From Guillardia theta CCMP2712 (lineage: Eukaryota > Protista > Cryptophyta): DNA of 37,319 nt. Numbering within the stretch: the first letter of the stretch is position 1; each line of letters opens with the position of its first letter. A program made the position numbers and the translations under genes. The DNA is taken from positions 378,907 to 416,225 of the forward strand of contig NW_005434609.1 in the NCBI RefSeq assembly GCF_000315625.1, in the 5' to 3' direction. Shown here in pieces: positions 31,932 through 37,319 of this stretch. The notes below the pieces were generated by a model that did no database searches, had not been told where the DNA came from, and saw nothing but the letters and a program-made list of their open reading frames with translations.

Positions 31932-34900
31932 ATGAGGAGAGATTCCTCGACGTTCGGGGGTCTGGCAGCCGACGACCTCTCGCGCTTCCTGCGAGTCTGC
32001 TTCGAAGAGTCTCTCCTGTCCGAGGTAGCCCTGTGCCTGCCATGGCGCAGTAGGTCGAGCATGACACGCCTCTGCTGTAGTCCAGCAACCGCATACGCGA
32101 GGAGATCGAAGCCCTCGGGGGGTCAGAAGGGATCCTGAAGAAGCTCAGGAGCGACCCAGGTGTCTCTTGTGGAAGCTGAGAGGAGAGCTGACATATGTGC
32201 CTGCAGCCAATGGCATCAAGAAGACGGAGGTACTGCGCCATCCTTTCGCCATGCGCGTGCTGACCCCATCCTCTAGATCTTGAGGAGACAGGAAGACTTC
32301 GGTCTCAACGAGCATGCCATGGAGCCGCAGGACTCGATCTTGAAGATCGCCTGGGATGCTCTTCAGGACCCTTCGCTGCTGTTCCTTTGCTTTGCGTCCT
32401 TGGTCTCGCTGGTGATCGGAGTTGTCTCCTCCCAATCGCAGGAGATCGTGGAAGGGATCGCGATCTTGGCTGCGGTGCTGGTGGTGGTGACGGTGACTGC
32501 GGTCAACGATTACCACAAGGAGAAGCAGTTCCGTTCACTCAGAGAAGTACAGGAGGAGGTGTGGGTGACTGTCATCCGAGACAGTGCAGTAGAGCAGGTC
32601 CTGAACAAGGATCTTGTTGTCGGCGATGTCGTCTTGCTCAGTGCCGGCGATATGGTATGTGCTGACGGGATCATACTGGACCAGAGTGACCTGCAGGTCT
32701 CCGAGCAAAGTCTTACAGGGGAGTCGTCTCCCAAGAGGAAGGGAAGCAGTCTCTGTGCTCCTAGCGCTCATCTCCTTTCTCCTGCTATCTTCTCCGGGAC
32801 GTTCGTGCAGGAAGGGGAGGGGAAGATGGTGGTGCTGGCGGTGGGGCCGAGCACGTACCAGGCGAGCATACAGGAGTCGATGAAGGAGGACATGGAGGGA
32901 TGCAAGAAGAGCATACTTCAGCTGAAGCTGGACAGCATGACGACAACGATCACCAAGGTAGGAGCAGCAGCAGGTATCCTGACAGTCCTCGTGCTCCTCG
33001 CGAGGTTTTCCGTGGGTTTCGTCCGCGGGGAGTGCTGCAAGGAACGGTGGGTCAACAGCATACACCTGCCGGAGATACTCGACTATCTTATCACGGGTGT
33101 TACCATCTTTGTCGTTGCGGTACCCGAAGGGCTTCCTCTCGCCATCACCGTCGCCCTCGCGCTGTCTGTGAGGAAGATGATGAACGATAACAACCTCGTG
33201 CGCCATCTCAGCGCCAGCGAGACCATGGGCAGCGTCTCCAGCATCTGCTCCGACAAGACTGGCACCCTCACCAGCGGCAGGATGACGGCGGTGCGCGTGT
33301 GGGTCAGCGGCCAGGACTGCATCCTCGGCGAGGAGGGGAGGGCTGGGGAGCCTCTCGCTGAGCTGCCGCGCGGGGTCAGGGAGCTGCTGGCGTACAGTCT
33401 TGCGATCAACACTTCCTTCAAGTCCAACGTCTCCTATAGCCGTGATGGCCAAGTTTCCTCCTCCCAGGGCAACGAGACCGAATGTGCGCTTCTGCGACTC
33501 GTCGACATGCTGCTGAATATCCAGGTCCCCCCCCCCCGCCGTCCTCCTCCTTGTCCCCTGCTCAACATCCCCTACCTCCTCGATTGCTATTCAACTGCTA
33601 CCGTCACCTCCTGCGATATCACCACTACCTCCTCCTCCTCCTCCTCCTCCTCCTCCTCCTCCTCCCTTCGCTACTCCCCTCCTCCTCCTCCTCCTCCTCC
33701 TCCTCCTCCCCTTGCTACTCCCCCTACTCCTTGTATTCCCCGTCATTCTGACCTACATTCCAAACGTCTCCTTGATCTTTCTGTGCTTTTCCTCCTTTAC
33801 TCCATGATCTTTTGACGTTGTTCTTTTTCCATCTCTTTCCCATGGCAACAAGCACATTGATGATCTTCTGTCCCGCAGGAAACTGAGGAACAAGGAGCAG
33901 GAGGAGGAGGAGGAGGAGTTCACTCCTACAAGATGATCCGGATAAAATTCCCGTTGGAGCAGGAGAAGAGAAGATGTCTGACTTTCTCTTCTGACCGGAA
34001 ACGTATGAGCACCATCGTCCCATGGATGGTAAGACTCCTCCTCCTCCCCTTCCTCCTCCTCCCCTTCCTCCTCCTCCTTTTCCCTGCTTCTCCTTTCTCC
34101 TTCCTCCTTCCTCCTTCCTCCCTCCCCTTACACCTTCCTCCTCCACCACCTCCACCTCCTCCCTCCTCCTCCTGTTTCTTCCTTCTCCTTCCTCCTCCTC
34201 CGACTCCACCGCCAACTTCCGTCTCCTCCTCCTCCTATTCCTTGCAGACTGAGAACGAATTCAGGTCGGGGACGATACTGATCGGATCGACTCCGTGATG
34301 ACTGGCAGGAGAATTTTCTGCAAAGGGGCACCAGAGGTTGTGATTCCACTTTGCTCAAGAATTATCTCCTCGTCCTCCTTCTCCTCCTCCTCCTCTTCAG
34401 CTGCAGTCGCTGCAGACAATCAGCCCATGACTGTGGAGCTGCGAGCGAGAGCTGATGGGATGGCGTGTATGATGGGGAAGGAAGGGTTGCGGCCTATCGC
34501 CGTTGCGTTTCGAGACATGGAGGAGGAGGAGGACGTGGACGAGCTGTCTGCTGAGAGAGATCTGGTGTTGGTGAGTGGGAGAGGAGAGGAGAGGGATGAT
34601 AATAGATGGGAAGGAGACATAGATGGGAAGAAGACAGGATGTGGAAGTTGAGACACGTAGAGAGAAACAACCAGATGATAGGCAGATGTAGATCAGTGGA
34701 AAAACTTGACAGATACAGGATAAGAGCAGATGTGAACATGAGGAGAGGTTTCAGGTCATCAAGTCAGACGTGCTGGCAAGAAATTTTGAGCAGTGAGGTA
34801 CATGTGAGGACCTGTGGAGATAAGAGATGTATTGAAGAGAAGCGCGTAAGAGAGTTGGTAGAGGAAGAAGGAGGGAGGAGGTTTCATGTGAGAAGGGCGA

Positions 34901-37319
34901 GGCTACCTTAATGGAGGGAGGAGGGAGGAGGGAGGAGGGAGGAGGGAGGAGAGGGAGGGGGGGAGAGGGAGGAGGCTACATGGATCTTGGAGGTTATTGC
35001 CTTACCTGACCTCATTCATTAGCTCGCCATCGTCGGCCTCGAGGATCCGCTACGTGCTGAAGTTCCTGCGGCAATTCGAGCATGCCAGCAGGCAGGAATT
35101 ACCGTCAGAATGGTCACAGGGGACAACGAGGAGACGGCGATATCGGTAATCAGCTGAGAGGGAGAGAGACAAAGAGGAAGAAAGGAGGAGAAGGAACAAG
35201 GATTGAAGGGACGTCAAGGAGAGGAGAGAGGAGAGGGAGACAGGGGCAGGGGCAGGAGCAGGAGCAGGAGCAGGGGCAGGAGCATCAGCAGGAGCAGGAG
35301 CAGGGGCAGGAGCAGCAGCAGGAGCAGGAGCATCAGCAGAAGCAGAAGCAGAAGCAGGAGGAGTGCAGGCAGTGAGATGACTCTGTTGTCTACAAGATTG
35401 CCAAGAAATGTGGCATTCTACCTCAGAGAGAGATGAATGAGAAGGAGATGCGAGCGAGTGTCTTCACCGGGAAGCAATTCAGAGAGCTCGTGGGTGAGAA
35501 GGAGGATATTGATATGGAACAGCTCGAGCAGGTAACTCTGTCATACTGCCCTCCTCCTCCTCCTCCTCCTCCTCCTCCTCCTCCTCCTCCTCCTCCTCCT
35601 CCTCCTCCTACCTTTCCCCTCCTCTTCCTTCCTCCTTCCCCTTCCCCTCTCTCCTCCTCGTATCCCTCGCATGGTGACCTCTCACTGACATCCATTCAGA
35701 TCCTCCCAAAGCTTCGCATTCTCGCACGCTCTACCCCCCTCGACAAGCTCGCTCTCGTTGGCGGCATCCAGGTGAGGAGAAAAGCGGAGGAAAGGGGGAA
35801 CAAGGAGCAAGAGGAGCAGGGAGAGCAGAAGGAGTAGGGAGAGCAGGGAGAGCAGGAGGAGCAGGGAGAGCAGGGAGAGCGGGAAGAGCAGGGAAAGCAG
35901 GGAGAGCAGGAGGAGGGCGAGGGGTGGTAAAGGAGGGAAGAGGCGGGCTAACGCTCTGACCAGGACAGTGAGTCGTGTGGCCTTCAGACTGTTGCTGTGA
36001 CAGGGGATGGAACCAACGACGCTCCTGCTCTCCTCCGCGCTCACATCGGCCTTGCCATGGGCAAGGCAGGTACACAGGTTACCCTTCTCCCGTCTGTACG
36101 CCTCTTCCTCTTCCGCACTTCCTCCCACTCTTGTTCCTCCCTCCTTCCTCCTCCGTTCTCCTCCCTATCTCCTTTCTCCATCCCTCCTTCTCCCTTACAT
36201 TCCACATCTCCTCTCCCTCAGGTGGCTCAGAACGCAGCAGACATCATCATCCTCGACGACAACTTCGCCTCTATCCTGCAGGCAGTCAAGTGGGGGAGGA
36301 ACGTGCACGACAACATCTGCAAATTCCTCCAGTTTCAGCTCACCGTCAACTGCTCTGCCTGCATCCTCGCTGTCGTGGGAGGCTCCGTCCTCTCCGAGAG
36401 CCCTCTCACTGCCATGCAGCTCCTCTGGGTCAACATGATCATGGACTCCCTCGCCTCCCTCTCCCTCGCCTCCGAGGACCCTTCTCCTGACCTGCTCAAG
36501 CGCCCTCCCTGCCCGCGAGACCAGCCCCTCCTCTCCCCTGCCATGGTCAAGTTCGTGCTGGGACACGCGGCATGGCAGATCCTCGTCCTCTCCTTTCTCG
36601 TCTTCGGCATGGGCGACGTCTGCTCCCCTGACATCGCCAACCCCAATGTCTGCGCGCCGGGTGAGAAGGAGGAGACGAGGAGAAGGAGACGAGAAGGAGA
36701 CGAGAAGGAGAAGGAGAAGGAGAGGAGAGGAGAAGGAGCATATGGGGCAGGGAGGAGAAGGATAGTCGTTGTGAGAGGAGGAGGCTGTGGAGGAGGAACT
36801 GATATAAGGTCAGGCACAATCATCTGGAACAATTTCGGGTCGCTCAGATCTGGAAGACCTTCATCCTTCGACCTTGAGTTCTTTGGGAACAAATCCCTGA
36901 CGTGTGCTGGTGAGGAGAAGATTCCGATGGAAGTCAGATTGATGGAAGTGTTTTTTTTATCTTCAAAGTTGTTTTCGGTTCCCTCTTATGTGTGATATTC
37001 TTCTGTTTCATCCTTCTTCTGTTCTATTTTCTTCTTGTGTTCTGTTTTCTTCTACTTCTGCCATGCAAAGTCACTGCCGTTGTTCCATGATGTTCTTGAT
37101 AACCTGAAATTGCATCAGGCAACGCCAGTCAAGCTGCTTCTGTCCTTCCGATAGAAATTGCAAAGATGAGGTTTCGATTACTCTTCTCTCCTCTCCCCTC
37201 CTCTCCTCTCCGCTCCCCTCCCCTCCTCTCCGCTCCGCTCCCTCCCCTCCTCTCCGCTCCTCTCCTCTCCTCTCCTCTCCTCTCCTCTCCCCTCCCCTCC
37301 CCTCCCCTCCTCTCCTCTC
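31932..37319 (+). CDS. P-type Ca2+-transporting ATPase, P2B (PMCA/ACA) subfamily; 3' end beyond the window
   Basis: Motifs: [17 protein letters not shown], phosphorylation site [97 protein letters not shown]. Exons splice in phase with GT-AG introns. Confidence 0.96.

Noticed and set aside
32535-33452. 305-aa antisense ORF and similar shadow ORFs
   Set aside because: Typical antisense open frames opposite GC3-rich coding exons.
1-37319. Mobile elements, rRNA or tRNA genes, prokaryotic defence systems
   Set aside because: No transposase, reverse transcriptase or integrase motifs, terminal repeats with target-site duplications, or RNA gene signatures seen by eye; not excluded without RepeatModeler, Infernal and tRNAscan.

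Overview
Eukaryotic nuclear DNA, gene-dense and intron-rich. It is most consistent with a complex-plastid alga, probably a cryptophyte (inference from a signal-peptide+Phe bipartite presequence and many ~45-55 nt introns). Splicing by eye gives 11 protein-coding genes: plastid ribosomal protein L17 (partial), a p47/Shp1-like SEP-UBX protein, an intronless Zn(II)2Cys6 transcription factor, a Deg/HtrA protease with an LRGG presequence, Rad6/UBC2, TFIIIC subunit Tfc4/GTF3C3 (spans a 100-N gap), a P2B Ca2+-ATPase (partial), a very large coiled-coil protein, a two-TM membrane protein and three small hypothetical genes counted loosely. Most ORF-track entries are artefacts of microsatellite-filled introns. 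I found no rRNA, tRNA, CRISPR array or transposase. The most interesting unexplained structure is non-coding: a recurring ordered upstream module (GTAC/GACTC palindrome island, then AT-rich block, then GGGGT block, then gene), a perfect 42-bp palindrome, phased ATCCG and CGTTAC arrays in divergent promoters, candidate GC-AG introns, and three 1-nt homopolymer frameshifts in conserved genes that are most likely assembly errors. I cannot show a new biological system from sequence alone. All gene models are manual and unverified.
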